DNA of 64,000 bases from Nitrosopumilales archaeon. Lineage in GTDB: Archaea > Thermoproteota > Nitrososphaeria > Nitrososphaerales > Nitrososphaeraceae. The position numbers were made by a program, and so were the translations under genes. Position 1 is the first letter of the stretch. The number at the start of each line of letters is the position of its first letter. The notes beneath the pieces were generated by a model. That model was not told the origin of the DNA and made no database searches. It was given only the letters and a program-made list of their open reading frames with translations. Below are positions 1 to 9,682 of the stretch, piece by piece. The stretch covers positions 1 to 64,000 of the forward strand of contig JBIQJB010000010.1 in assembly GCA_044507735.1 (NCBI GenBank), read 5' to 3'.

Positions 1-153
1 AGAAGTATTGCCTCCGCAAGATTGAGCGTCGAAAGCATGGAATACACAATAGTGCCTGAATTCTCCATCGTGATTCTTGCATTGTTCGGGGTAGTCATGG
101 GTGCGGTGGTCTACGTCAGTCGCGTTAGATCTTCTTGCAGACCCGCAGTATAG
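1..153 (+). CDS. 3' end of a PEF(G)-CTERM surface/exported protein (partial)
   Basis: Frame 1 from base 1 reads ...EYTIVPEFSIVILALFGVVMGAVVYVSRVR...TAG: a VPEF motif, a TM helix and basic residues, i.e. an archaeosortase-type C-terminal sorting signal. Confidence 0.75.
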   Translation, partial: RSIASARLSVESMEYTIVPEFSIVILALFGVVMGAVVYVSRVRSSCRPAV

Positions 154-263
154 TATCCATGGCCATAGTCGACAAGGACAGAATCATTTAACGCAATCAA
201 AAAGAGGAGTGTAAAATCTATTGCACAAAAAAGAATATTAGAAAAATCTGCTATCGATATCCT

Positions 264-1538
264 GTGGCCATACTTGGGGCTAGAAAATTTGCATTCCCGC
301 TAGCCTTGATTCTCAGCGCGCTTGTTGGGTTTACAAGCGCGGACATTTATTATTATCACCAACTTCAGCATTCAGATACTGCCCTTTCCAGTCCAGCAGT
401 ACAAAGTGAAGTCAATTATTACTTTGAAAGATATCAGAGCGACTACCCGCTTGCCGTTGGCACAGCAGGTCCTGCTTATGCCTCTACGGAAAACGCTTCA
501 GCAACATCAGCGGATGATGAATCCTACCTTTCCTTGCCTGATCTCTTTGACAAGTCTCACGGTTCTGTTGTTCAGGTAACAAGCGGGGTAGGCACCGGAC
601 GATTGGGATCCGGCTTTGTATTTGACGAGTCAGGCCACATCATAACAAACTACCATGTGATATCACCGGGTGGTCCTTATGACGTAACTTTCAGCGATGG
701 CACGATCTACAGGGCAAGACTGGTTGGGTCTGACCCGTATTCAGATTTGGCTGTCTTGGCGGTATCTTCAAAGGATGTGCCAAAGGACAAGTTAGTCCCT
801 CTTGCCCTTGCTGATTCGGACAAGATTAGGGTCGGAGATCAAGTCGTAGCAATTGGCAATCCGTTTGGACTTTCAGGAACCATGACCACCGGCATAGTCA
901 GCGGCCTTGGCAGGCTCATCCCTGCCCAGTCGCCAGGCTCCCCTGCTCAACAAGGAGGCAGCGGCAACATCTTTTCCATTCCCAACGTAATTCAGACTGA
1001 TGCTTCAATCAACCCCGGCAACTCGGGCGGACCTCTAATAAACATGGAAGGCAAGGTCATAGGAGTCAATTCAGCCATATACACCAGGACCGGTTACTTT
1101 GTTGGTGTGGGATTTGCCCTGCCTTCAAATATGGTAAACAAGGTTGCCTTGTCCATAATAGAGACGGGTTCCTTTAAGCACCCGTGGCTTGGCGTTACTG
1201 GGATCAACATCACGCCGGGGATAGCCAACTCACTTGACCTGCAAGAGCCAAGGGGGTTTCTTGTAGTTGATGTTGTGTCTGGGAGCCCTGCAGAAAAGGC
1301 GGGAGTCAAGGGCGGGAATGAGAGGGTTACAATAGACGGAAGGTCTGTTGTGCTTGGCGGAGACGTGATAATTGGGATCGACGACATGGATGTGAGAAAG
1401 ATAGACGACGTTCTAGTCTATCTTTCCAGCGAGAAGAATGTCGGAGATGACATCAAGCTCGTGATCATAAGGGATGGCAAGGTTCAGGAAATTGAGGCAA
1501 CTCTTGCCGCACGGCCCGGATCGTTTGAATCCCCGTAG
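264..1538 (+). CDS. htrA: HtrA/DegP-like trypsin serine protease with PDZ domain
   Basis: N-terminal hydrophobic segment, TNYHV (His), DLAVL (Asp), INPGNSGGPL (Ser), C-terminal PDZ (PWLGV...SPAEKAG...GDVII). Confidence 0.93.
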   Translation: MAILGARKFAFPLALILSALVGFTSADIYYYHQLQHSDTALSSPAVQSEVNYYFERYQSDYPLAVGTAGPAYASTENASATSADDESYLSLPDLFDKSHGSVVQVTSGVGTGRLGSGFVFDESGHIITNYHVISPGGPYDVTFSDGTIYRARLVGSDPYSDLAVLAVSSKDVPKDKLVPLALADSDKIRVGDQVVAIGNPFGLSGTMTTGIVSGLGRLIPAQSPGSPAQQGGSGNIFSIPNVIQTDASINPGNSGGPLINMEGKVIGVNSAIYTRTGYFVGVGFALPSNMVNKVALSIIETGSFKHPWLGVTGINITPGIANSLDLQEPRGFLVVDVVSGSPAEKAGVKGGNERVTIDGRSVVLGGDVIIGIDDMDVRKIDDVLVYLSSEKNVGDDIKLVIIRDGKVQEIEATLAARPGSFESP

Positions 1539-1875
1539 GCAAAAAACGCGGCCAGAATGCTTTTTTCTATACGTCGAGGCCATACACTTTGGAAGTTCTG
1601 TCTATTCAGTCTCACGGCCCTTAGATCCCAAGATCGCAGATCACTGCTGAATCTCACCTATCAAGATCTATGTCTTGGATCTGTCTGCAAGCTTGGAAGA
1701 CAAGCCATCGGAGTAGCACGGTCCCCCGAAGCATGCGCACGTCCCAATCAGTAGCGACTATGATCACAGACACGTGTGTGCATCTTTGCTTGATCTGTGT
1801 CGAATATTCTTGACATTTTCAGTAGCCCTACTCCAGTAGCAGGGTCTTTGATATCCAGAGAAGAACTTAAAAGCT

Positions 1876-2235
1876 ATGGCATTATCTACCCCGTCATTGA
1901 CCATAGTAGAAAAGCGACCATGGGGCAAGTTTGAGCGCTTTACGCTCAATGAAAAAAGCACTGTCAAACTTGTCTACCTTGATGGCGACAAAAGGCTATC
2001 ATTGCAATATCATAACAACCGCTCAGAATTCTGGAAGGTCATAAAAGGTCCTGTAAAGGTGCAGTTGGACAAGGATACAAAGATACTGCAAGAAGGAGAA
2101 TCTATAACCATACCCAAGAAAGCAGTTCACAGGCTGATCGGCGCGGGAACCGATGGATTAATACTTGAGATATCGATCGGCGAGTTTGATGAGAGCGACA
2201 TAGTCAGGCTAGAGGACGATTATCGAAGAGATTAG
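1876..2235 (+). CDS. Cupin protein, mannose-6-phosphate isomerase type II C-terminal-like
   Basis: RPWGKF...LSLQYHNNRSEFW...HRL...EI...DIVRLEDDY matches the type II PMI cupin signature. Confidence 0.85.
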   Translation: MALSTPSLTIVEKRPWGKFERFTLNEKSTVKLVYLDGDKRLSLQYHNNRSEFWKVIKGPVKVQLDKDTKILQEGESITIPKKAVHRLIGAGTDGLILEISIGEFDESDIVRLEDDYRRD

Positions 2236-2367
2236 GCGGTTGATCTTTGCATTAGTTGCATTGGGGGCGCGTATCGTCCACTTGACATCTGCAGAGGAGG
2301 CTATCTTAATCAAGACAATAGAATACTTGATCCGATCTTAAAGCATTCTAGTGCAGGCAGAGAGCTC

Positions 2368-4473
2368 TCAACTGATCGGTTCCTGCGTTACATGTGAGCC
2401 ATCCGCAGTCATGGCAAACCTGAACAGCTGATCTATTTCGGAATCCTCAAAAATTTCAGAGTCGTGTGTTATTATTATCATCTGGGCAAGCGGACCCGAT
2501 CCTTCCCTGAAGGCTTCGGATATTATCCTCACAAGGGCCTTTCTTCTTTCTTCATCGAGGTGTGTTGTCGGCTCGTCAAGGATTACAAAATCAAGCTTGC
2601 TTGAACCCATCATGTACGCAATTCCAAGCCGCAGAGCGAGCGCGACGGCAACCTTTTCGCCGCCGCTCAGAGAGTCCATGTCTATTTCTCCCTGCCGGCC
2701 ATAGCAGGTTATGGATATCTCCCGGGTGCCTTCTTCAAGCTCTATTCTTGAAATTCCGATGTTAAAGAGCGACGCGTACTCCGAAGCTTTTTGTGATATT
2801 ATCCCAAGTGCCCAGGAGCGCAGGCTTGTTCCCACCATCCCATCCCTGTTGAAAATTACGGATCTTATCTTTTCAAGAATCCGAACAAACTCTGCCGCGC
2901 TACTTAGCTGCTCTATTGTTTTCTTCGCAGAATCCAACGCAGCCTTGTTGTCGTCGATTGCTTTCTGATGTATGCCAATTTTCCTGTTGACATCCATCAG
3001 CCGCTGCGACAGCGTGCTCTTCTCCAGTTTGGCATTTGAGTACAGCTGGTTGCTGAAACCCTTCACTCGCTCTCTCAATGAAATTATCTCCTCCGCCAGC
3101 GACTTGGAATTATCATCAATTGCTATTTGCAGAGGGTCTGCTCCCACTTTTACAATCTGGTGCGGCAGCCTTGCCAGGTCCTGCTGCATCTTGTCCAGAT
3201 CTTCTCGCAATTTCGCAATGTCGTTAGCGGAACTGATAGAGTTGTTTGACAGGAACTTTTCTGCTGCCGCTATTTTCTTGTCCTGATCTGCCAGCTGTTG
3301 CTCTTCTTTCTTTAGCTCAATCTTTGCAGCCTGAAGTTTTGATTTTTCCTCTGCCCTGGCCTTTATCTCCGCCTGAATGTGTGAAATGTCAAACATTTCA
3401 TTTACTTTGGTGACTGCAGAATTGCATACTGGACACCGACCGTCCACTATTTGAAGCCGGCCGGCACATTCCACAAGACCGCGAAGCTTGCCGGACGCGC
3501 CTTCGTTTTGCTCTATTTGTGACTGGAGCTCTTCAATTTCAGATTTTGCCATCTGGAGCCGGATGTTAACTTCGTCTTTGCTCTTCAGCAGCTCAAGCGC
3601 GCTTGCCGCTTCTCTGATTATTCGTTCCAGTCTAGATACCTCGCTGCTAATTTGGTTTCGCTTCTCGTTTACATGCCGTACAAGCAACTCCTCCCTTGTT
3701 TGGAGCTCTCTGACTTGGAGAGTCATAGGCTCCATCCTCTCAATCTCACGCTCTGTCTGTCGAATCTTGTCTTCTAGCAGCTTTTTTTCATCTTCAAATT
3801 CTACCAGGAGAGATTCAGCTTGCTTGAGCTCGACCTCTTTTTTGCTGATCAACTCCTGTATCTTTTGGATATCCTGGTCGGTGTATCCTCCTGTTTCGTC
3901 GCGCAGCCTGTCCCTAAAGCCTGTAATTACATCGCGCATTGTTTCAAATGCAAGGTCTAGTCTGTCGATCCCGATCAGGCCATTTACAAGTTCCTTGAAT
4001 GCCTTTGGTTGTGCTTCGACTATTCTGGCAAGCTCGCCCTGCTGTACTACTGCCGCAACGCGCAGCTTGTCATAGTCCATTCCAAGAACCTTTTCCACTT
4101 CTTTCTTTGTGGATTCACCAAACTGCTTTCTTTCTCCTCCAACCAGCAGCTTGTTGACAGCCTGACCTCCGTCTGCAATGAGTGAAAGCCGTGAGAAGGA
4201 TTGTGAGCTCCCCTCCATCCCTCTTGCAACCTCATACTCTCTAGAATTGAGCGTGAAGCGCATCTGCACCATTGCCTCATTGGCACCCCTCCTCACAAGG
4301 TTCTTCTTGGATTTGCCTCTAGTGTGCTCGCCAAAGAGAGCAAAGGTAATCGCATCAATAATTGACGACTTGCCTGAGCCGTTGTGCCCAACAAATATTG
4401 TGATGCCTTTTCCAAACTCTATCTTTGTATCCTTGTGCGCGATAAAGTCCTTCAGCTCGATGTCCTTTATCAT
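2368..4473 (-). CDS. rad50: DNA double-strand break repair ATPase Rad50
   Basis: Walker A GHNGSGKS, coiled coil with central CPVC zinc hook, LSGGE signature, ILDEPT Walker B, ITH H-loop; directly downstream of mre11. Confidence 0.93.
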   Translation of the reverse strand: MIKDIELKDFIAHKDTKIEFGKGITIFVGHNGSGKSSIIDAITFALFGEHTRGKSKKNLVRRGANEAMVQMRFTLNSREYEVARGMEGSSQSFSRLSLIADGGQAVNKLLVGGERKQFGESTKKEVEKVLGMDYDKLRVAAVVQQGELARIVEAQPKAFKELVNGLIGIDRLDLAFETMRDVITGFRDRLRDETGGYTDQDIQKIQELISKKEVELKQAESLLVEFEDEKKLLEDKIRQTEREIERMEPMTLQVRELQTREELLVRHVNEKRNQISSEVSRLERIIREAASALELLKSKDEVNIRLQMAKSEIEELQSQIEQNEGASGKLRGLVECAGRLQIVDGRCPVCNSAVTKVNEMFDISHIQAEIKARAEEKSKLQAAKIELKKEEQQLADQDKKIAAAEKFLSNNSISSANDIAKLREDLDKMQQDLARLPHQIVKVGADPLQIAIDDNSKSLAEEIISLRERVKGFSNQLYSNAKLEKSTLSQRLMDVNRKIGIHQKAIDDNKAALDSAKKTIEQLSSAAEFVRILEKIRSVIFNRDGMVGTSLRSWALGIISQKASEYASLFNIGISRIELEEGTREISITCYGRQGEIDMDSLSGGEKVAVALALRLGIAYMMGSSKLDFVILDEPTTHLDEERRKALVRIISEAFREGSGPLAQMIIITHDSEIFEDSEIDQLFRFAMTADGSHVTQEPIS

Positions 4474-5645
4474 TTTGCTGCGGCTGCCCCTCCTCCCCCT
4501 CCTTCAAACTTGGCGGCCTTGTAAGCTTGCCACACAATATCCAGAACAGATCTGGCACCATCCTTTTCTGCAGCAAGCGGCAGGATTTCGCCAACGGCAA
4601 ACTTTGCAAGATCATCCGATCCAAGCGCTTCGACCGAAAGCCTGTAGAGTTCCTTGTCAATGTCGGCGGGCCTTGAATCATACACCGTCATTGCTTTGGC
4701 ATCCTCCAGGGGCTGCCACACATAGTGCAGACACCATTCGTTGAGCCTCTTCAGCTGCTCGGCTATAACTCTTGAGTCAATGTCGGTCCCTTCGACCTCT
4801 ATCCTTGCCACTGGTTTCTTGGTGCCAAGGGTCTTTGCCTTTTCAATCACCCTGTCCACCTCGCGTGAGATGTCCTTGTAGCTTATGCGCGCAGAAAACT
4901 GCTGGCGGCGCTTGCTCAGCGGAATCCACTGGGTCGAAGGCTCTTCCCCCGACATGTCTGTGAGGATAAATCCCTTCTCGGTCTCTTTGATCCCTTCACT
5001 CGGCGTCAGGTCGATAGAGCCGGGGTACGCCAGCGGACCGCCAAGGAAGCTGAACCTTTTTTCTTGATGGTCATGGTAGTGTCCCATTGCATAGTAGTCA
5101 AATCCAGGCGGCAGGTCGCTGGAGTTGATTTCGCCAGCAAACTTGTTAAAGTCCATAAGCCCCTGGTGAAGCACCAGTATCTTTTTCTTGTCTGAATGCT
5201 GCTGCTCCGCCACCTGCCCTGCATTGCGCAGCTTGTCCAACAGCGCATCGATGTTGCTTCGCCGTTCCTTGTCTGCTCCGAACACCGCGCAGTTGTCAAC
5301 AACAAGAGGCTCGTCGTGTCTGAGCCTTCTTGCTAGACCCAGATTGCTGTAAATGTGCGGGAACGGGATGTCCCGCATGCGACTGATGTCATGCTCGCCC
5401 AGGACAAATGCTGCGGATATCTGCTTGTCCCTGAGCTTTTTTAATGCATTTCCCAGTGTGATAACAGCCTTGCCACAGGGCTTGGGATTGTGAAAAATGT
5501 CTCCTGCAAGGATTACAAGCTTGACCCCTTCTCTTATTGAAACATCTATGGCTTCATGGAACGTCTCGTATACATCCTCCTCCCTTTCCTCGAGGCCAAA
5601 TTGGGCGTAGCTGAGATGGAGGTCAGAGATGTGCGAGACTAGCAT
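4470..5645 (-). CDS. mre11: DNA repair nuclease Mre11
   Basis: Metallophosphoesterase motifs HISDLH, AGDIF, GEHD, HQ, GHYH, YPGS; ATGA overlap with rad50. Confidence 0.92.
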   Translation of the reverse strand: MLVSHISDLHLSYAQFGLEEREEDVYETFHEAIDVSIREGVKLVILAGDIFHNPKPCGKAVITLGNALKKLRDKQISAAFVLGEHDISRMRDIPFPHIYSNLGLARRLRHDEPLVVDNCAVFGADKERRSNIDALLDKLRNAGQVAEQQHSDKKKILVLHQGLMDFNKFAGEINSSDLPPGFDYYAMGHYHDHQEKRFSFLGGPLAYPGSIDLTPSEGIKETEKGFILTDMSGEEPSTQWIPLSKRRQQFSARISYKDISREVDRVIEKAKTLGTKKPVARIEVEGTDIDSRVIAEQLKRLNEWCLHYVWQPLEDAKAMTVYDSRPADIDKELYRLSVEALGSDDLAKFAVGEILPLAAEKDGARSVLDIVWQAYKAAKFEGGGGGAAAAK

Positions 5646-5672
5646 AGCGATTGTGCACCATTATGACAGCAG

Positions 5673-7220
5673 CTAATCCTGTATATACCCTGACGGAATG
5701 TACGAGTCTGAAGACTCTCTGCGAACTTTTTTCATCGCGGCAAGCTGACTCCACTCCTCCACAGCCTTTTGGTCTCCACCTATCTTGCGCTCCTTTACCT
5801 CGTCTATCTTGACAAAAGTCGGCAGGTTTACCCACTGGCCGGCGAATATCGCCTCTCCCGGATTCAGCGACGTAAGCTGATCTATCAGGTCCTTGCTAAG
5901 AGCTTCGCTTGCGGCCGATACATGTGCCTGGTCATCCTGCTGGATCATGCGCATTACCGCAAGGGAGCCCATCTGACTCAAGATGTTGGCGTCTATGCCC
6001 CGGGGCCTCTGCGACACTATTACGAGTCCAAGGCCAAACTTTCTGCCCTCTCTTGCAACTTTGGCGGCGAAATATTTTGTGTCGGTGTCTTCATCCCGCG
6101 GTATAAAGACGTGTGCCTCCTCGATAACCACGAGCACAGGGGCTGGAAACAGCGGTGGCGACTTTGATGCACCCTTCTTCTGCAGGGTTGCCCTTTTGCG
6201 ATCCTCCAACAGTCCTTCAAGGTAGAAAGATACTGCGATATTGGCCTGTCTTTCCGTCAATTCTACCAGGTTGATTACGTTTATCTTGCCGTTCTTGACC
6301 AGGGCCAGCGGATCTGCCATTCCAGGATCAAGAATATTATGGAACTTGCGCCTTGCGTCGTCTATCTTGTCCACGACCTTGGCCGCTGCTTCACGGTAGG
6401 CCTTGTCTGCTCCAACCGCTGCAGCAGAGTTGATGAGGGCTTCCCAAAAGTCATCGCCCTTGCGCTGCTTTACCTCTTCAGTGAATGCGACGCGAAGGAC
6501 ATGCATCTGGTTGGTCGCTTTTTCCTGAATTTCAATAACCTCTGCAAGCTTGTCCGCAGACAATAGCCGAGGGTTTATCCTCGCATCCATCAGGTTGCTG
6601 TTGTTGCTCCCCATGTCAAGGGTCGAATAGTCGTCATGGTAGTCAAATACGACCATCGTTCCATTTATTCTTGCGACTTCTTTTGCCAGGAGCGAAACCA
6701 GGTTGCTCTTGCCCATGCCAGTCATTGCAAGCACTGCCAAGTGTCTGGAGACTATTTTGTCAACGTTCACCCGCGCGTCAACTTCCGTGTTTCGAAGAAG
6801 AGTGCCAATCCGTATCCATTCTTTACTGTCGGGAGCAAATATCATGGTCAGATCCTGAGCCGATGCTTCGTAGACTTCGGTGCCCGGCTCCGGCGGCAGC
6901 GCGGGAAGTATTGCCTTGCATTTTTTCAGCTCTTCAAGATATCCTAGGATGCGAACGTGGCCCTTGTAGCTCTTGTCCCGGCCATTTACCGATGCAACCT
7001 CCTTGCTCTCAGAGGCTTCTTCGTAGTTGCGAATGTTGTTGCCAAGCGCATCGCTGCTGATTGATGAGCTTTCTACTAGACCAAGCACCTTGCCCCTGCC
7101 ATAATTAAGAATAACGTATTCCCCAATGCTTACCGGCCTTCTTGATTCAAAGGTGACCTGGTCGGGCTTTGCAACCCCGATAACAATGCCCAGCTCTTGC
7201 TTTTCCTTGCCATTACTCAT
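5673..7220 (-). CDS. herA: HerA DNA helicase/translocase
   Basis: N-terminal HAS barrel, RHLAVLAMTGMGKSN Walker A, IEEAH, REGRKFG, SQRP; lies between nurA and mre11. Confidence 0.92.
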   Translation of the reverse strand: MSNGKEKQELGIVIGVAKPDQVTFESRRPVSIGEYVILNYGRGKVLGLVESSSISSDALGNNIRNYEEASESKEVASVNGRDKSYKGHVRILGYLEELKKCKAILPALPPEPGTEVYEASAQDLTMIFAPDSKEWIRIGTLLRNTEVDARVNVDKIVSRHLAVLAMTGMGKSNLVSLLAKEVARINGTMVVFDYHDDYSTLDMGSNNSNLMDARINPRLLSADKLAEVIEIQEKATNQMHVLRVAFTEEVKQRKGDDFWEALINSAAAVGADKAYREAAAKVVDKIDDARRKFHNILDPGMADPLALVKNGKINVINLVELTERQANIAVSFYLEGLLEDRKRATLQKKGASKSPPLFPAPVLVVIEEAHVFIPRDEDTDTKYFAAKVAREGRKFGLGLVIVSQRPRGIDANILSQMGSLAVMRMIQQDDQAHVSAASEALSKDLIDQLTSLNPGEAIFAGQWVNLPTFVKIDEVKERKIGGDQKAVEEWSQLAAMKKVRRESSDSYIPSGYIQD

Positions 7221-8043
7221 TCAGGGCATCCCTCGCGCCTTGTTCATTCTGCAAGCTGAATATGCTTGCGAGCCTGTCTATATCTTCATTGCTTATCTTG
7301 CAGGCATTGTGTGCAAGTTTTAGAGAGTACGGATATCCAGAGACACTGTGATAACGCAGTCTGTCCAGAATTCTTGAAACCTCTTGCTTGCTGACAGCGC
7401 CCAAAATCTCTATCCTGATCAATGGGGTGTGGTCACGCAGGCGAGCATACACTTCGTAGAGGGGTGCATGACGAAACTGAGCCTGTACGGGGAGGCTAAA
7501 GCCGGCACGATTGGAGGCATGGCCGTAATAATAGATGTCTCCGGCCCTTGATCCCATGTTGCCAAACTGGGACCGGCTCTCTGAGCTCTTTGACACAAAG
7601 ATGCAGGTGTCACATTTTTTAACCATTTCAAATGCAGCCTCGGGAGTTGCCCTGAGCAATCTTGAGACCAGAGATCCGTCTATGCAGGCAATATCCACCT
7701 TGCCGGCGGCCTGCTGCGCTACCGATGCCTCCATTTCCATCGCCTTTGATTCCAGAAAATCGGCCCTCGCAGAGCCTACGATGTCATGGTCCCATTCCGC
7801 TGACAAGATCTTGTTAGCGCTTGTTACGGCAACTGCATCCACTACGTACAGCTGCAGACCCTGCAAAGCCCTCTTGTTCCAACTGCTGTCAATGCCTGCT
7901 GACTCGCATTTTTCCGGCGTTGGTTCGTAAGGAACCCAGCGTGACGATGCCTCTGCTAATATCTTGTCAAAGTTTGGATTCTTTATCTTGGATATCTTGG
8001 CATCTCTGTTTTTGAGAGCATCAAGGAAAACTTGGTTGAGCAA
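7213..8043 (-). CDS. nurA: NurA 5'-3' nuclease
   Basis: GIDSS, IDGSL, SKSS and GYPYSLKLAH motifs; operon context. Confidence 0.88.
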   Translation of the reverse strand: MLNQVFLDALKNRDAKISKIKNPNFDKILAEASSRWVPYEPTPEKCESAGIDSSWNKRALQGLQLYVVDAVAVTSANKILSAEWDHDIVGSARADFLESKAMEMEASVAQQAAGKVDIACIDGSLVSRLLRATPEAAFEMVKKCDTCIFVSKSSESRSQFGNMGSRAGDIYYYGHASNRAGFSLPVQAQFRHAPLYEVYARLRDHTPLIRIEILGAVSKQEVSRILDRLRYHSVSGYPYSLKLAHNACKISNEDIDRLASIFSLQNEQGARDALNE

Positions 8044-8298
8044 GCTGCTTTTTCTGTAGCGCAGTAACTTAAAAAATTGCCGACGCAGTCAGGCTGGTTT
8101 GTAAGCGCCTCCTCTTCAAACATAGAACTTGGGCATACCTTGACATTCATTGTGGTAGCAAGGGAGAGACATTTTTGCGTGCTTTACAATTGAAAATGCT
8201 ATGCATTCCTTACCGTTGTGGCCTGACCGCGAGAAATTGTCCCCAATCGCTAGTTCGCAGAGCTTTTGTCAAGACATCAGGGAATCTACGAAAATGTG

Positions 8299-9669
8299 TT
8301 AACCTTCCATTTTGGCTGCGACCTCTGTAGCGTCCCAGAGCGACCTTGGCCTGCCATCCGTCGACAGTGCTATCGCGCCTGCTTCAATTACATTGCTAGC
8401 AATGCTGGCGGCCATAGGCAGTGCGCCCGTGGCGCCGGGAGAGTTGTAGTTGAGCACATGAAGCGAAGATTCGCGCTCCATAACGAGCGTGTCGGGCACG
8501 AACTTGCCTGACCGGTCTATCACAGAAGAGCGTATGCCGGCAGTCCCCCGCTGGGTGAACGCGGCAGGACGTATCATGGGCAGAAATTCGCGGACGCGGT
8601 TTATCATTGCAGTCTTGGAAAGTGAGCTCTTGAGCTCGGTGCTTGCAAGCGACAGGAATTGCCTGTCCAATACCATCCTGCGCGCACCAGTCCTTGACGA
8701 CTCGATTATCTTTGGAAGCATGTACGCAAGGTTCCTGCGCCAGGTGTATGCGTACGGCCCAAAGACAAGCACTGCATTTGGTCCCACCTCGCGCCTCCCG
8801 TCCGCCCTCACTATCCAGTGCGGGTCGAGGAACGGATACTCGGGATGCCGGGGCACAGAATATATCGAGAGTTTTGTCAGGTCATGATATTGCTCCGGAG
8901 CCTGCCAGTACTCGCCGCGGAAATGCAGGTCCGTATAATCCCCGGCGACATCCATCATGTGGGCAATGTCCATGGAGCTGCCACCTGCGGCGTTGACCAA
9001 ATACTCTGCCCTGATGAGTTTGCCCTGATTCGTCGTTATCGAGTAGGTCCCTCCCTGGTTGGAAGATGATGATATCTGCACGGCTTTGTGCCCAAGCAAG
9101 AGCCTGCAGCCAAATGATCGGATATCGTCAAGGAGTGCAAGTGCAAGTGCGCCGTAGTTGACCGACGCGTCCTTTGAGCAGTAGATTGCGGAGGAGCAGC
9201 GGACATTTGGCTCCATCACTGCAACTTCATTTTTGTCAAGGAGCCGGAGCTCGCTCCTGGCAAGGCCGTTTGCTTCTCCCCACTCCACGTATTTTCGCAG
9301 CCGGTCGATCCCCTTGTCGTCAAGCGCCACCTCCAACACCCCGTCACGCTTGAACGGCAACCCCTTGTGTTCAGAGTATTTCTGCCACATCTCATAACCA
9401 AGCGAAGCTGCCTTTGCAAAGGTCTTCTTCTTTGCAGGGTCGTACAGGAAAGGGGCATGGACCTTGCCGGTGTTCCTGCTGCTGGTGTGCTGAGCTATGT
9501 TGCTTTCCTGTTCTACCAGCACAACCGACCCGGGGTCCTTGGCGTGAGCAGACAGGAAATAGGCGATCGACGTCCCAAGCAAGCCGCCTCCGATTATCGC
9601 GACCTTGCAGTCCACGTTTACATGAGGCAGCGAGCCAGATAAAACGTTTAATATTGAAAGATTGAACAA
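8299..9669 (-). CDS. FAD-dependent oxidoreductase (L-2-hydroxyglutarate oxidase/LhgO-like); true start probably near 9615-9630
   Basis: IIGGGLLG Rossmann motif, HTSSRNTGKVH, FRGEY, GPNA, AGIR, NSPGAT. Confidence 0.85.
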   Translation of the reverse strand: MFNLSILNVLSGSLPHVNVDCKVAIIGGGLLGTSIAYFLSAHAKDPGSVVLVEQESNIAQHTSSRNTGKVHAPFLYDPAKKKTFAKAASLGYEMWQKYSEHKGLPFKRDGVLEVALDDKGIDRLRKYVEWGEANGLARSELRLLDKNEVAVMEPNVRCSSAIYCSKDASVNYGALALALLDDIRSFGCRLLLGHKAVQISSSSNQGGTYSITTNQGKLIRAEYLVNAAGGSSMDIAHMMDVAGDYTDLHFRGEYWQAPEQYHDLTKLSIYSVPRHPEYPFLDPHWIVRADGRREVGPNAVLVFGPYAYTWRRNLAYMLPKIIESSRTGARRMVLDRQFLSLASTELKSSLSKTAMINRVREFLPMIRPAAFTQRGTAGIRSSVIDRSGKFVPDTLVMERESSLHVLNYNSPGATGALPMAASIASNVIEAGAIALSTDGRPRSLWDATEVAAKMEG

Positions 9670-9682
9670 GGTGTGTATCGTA

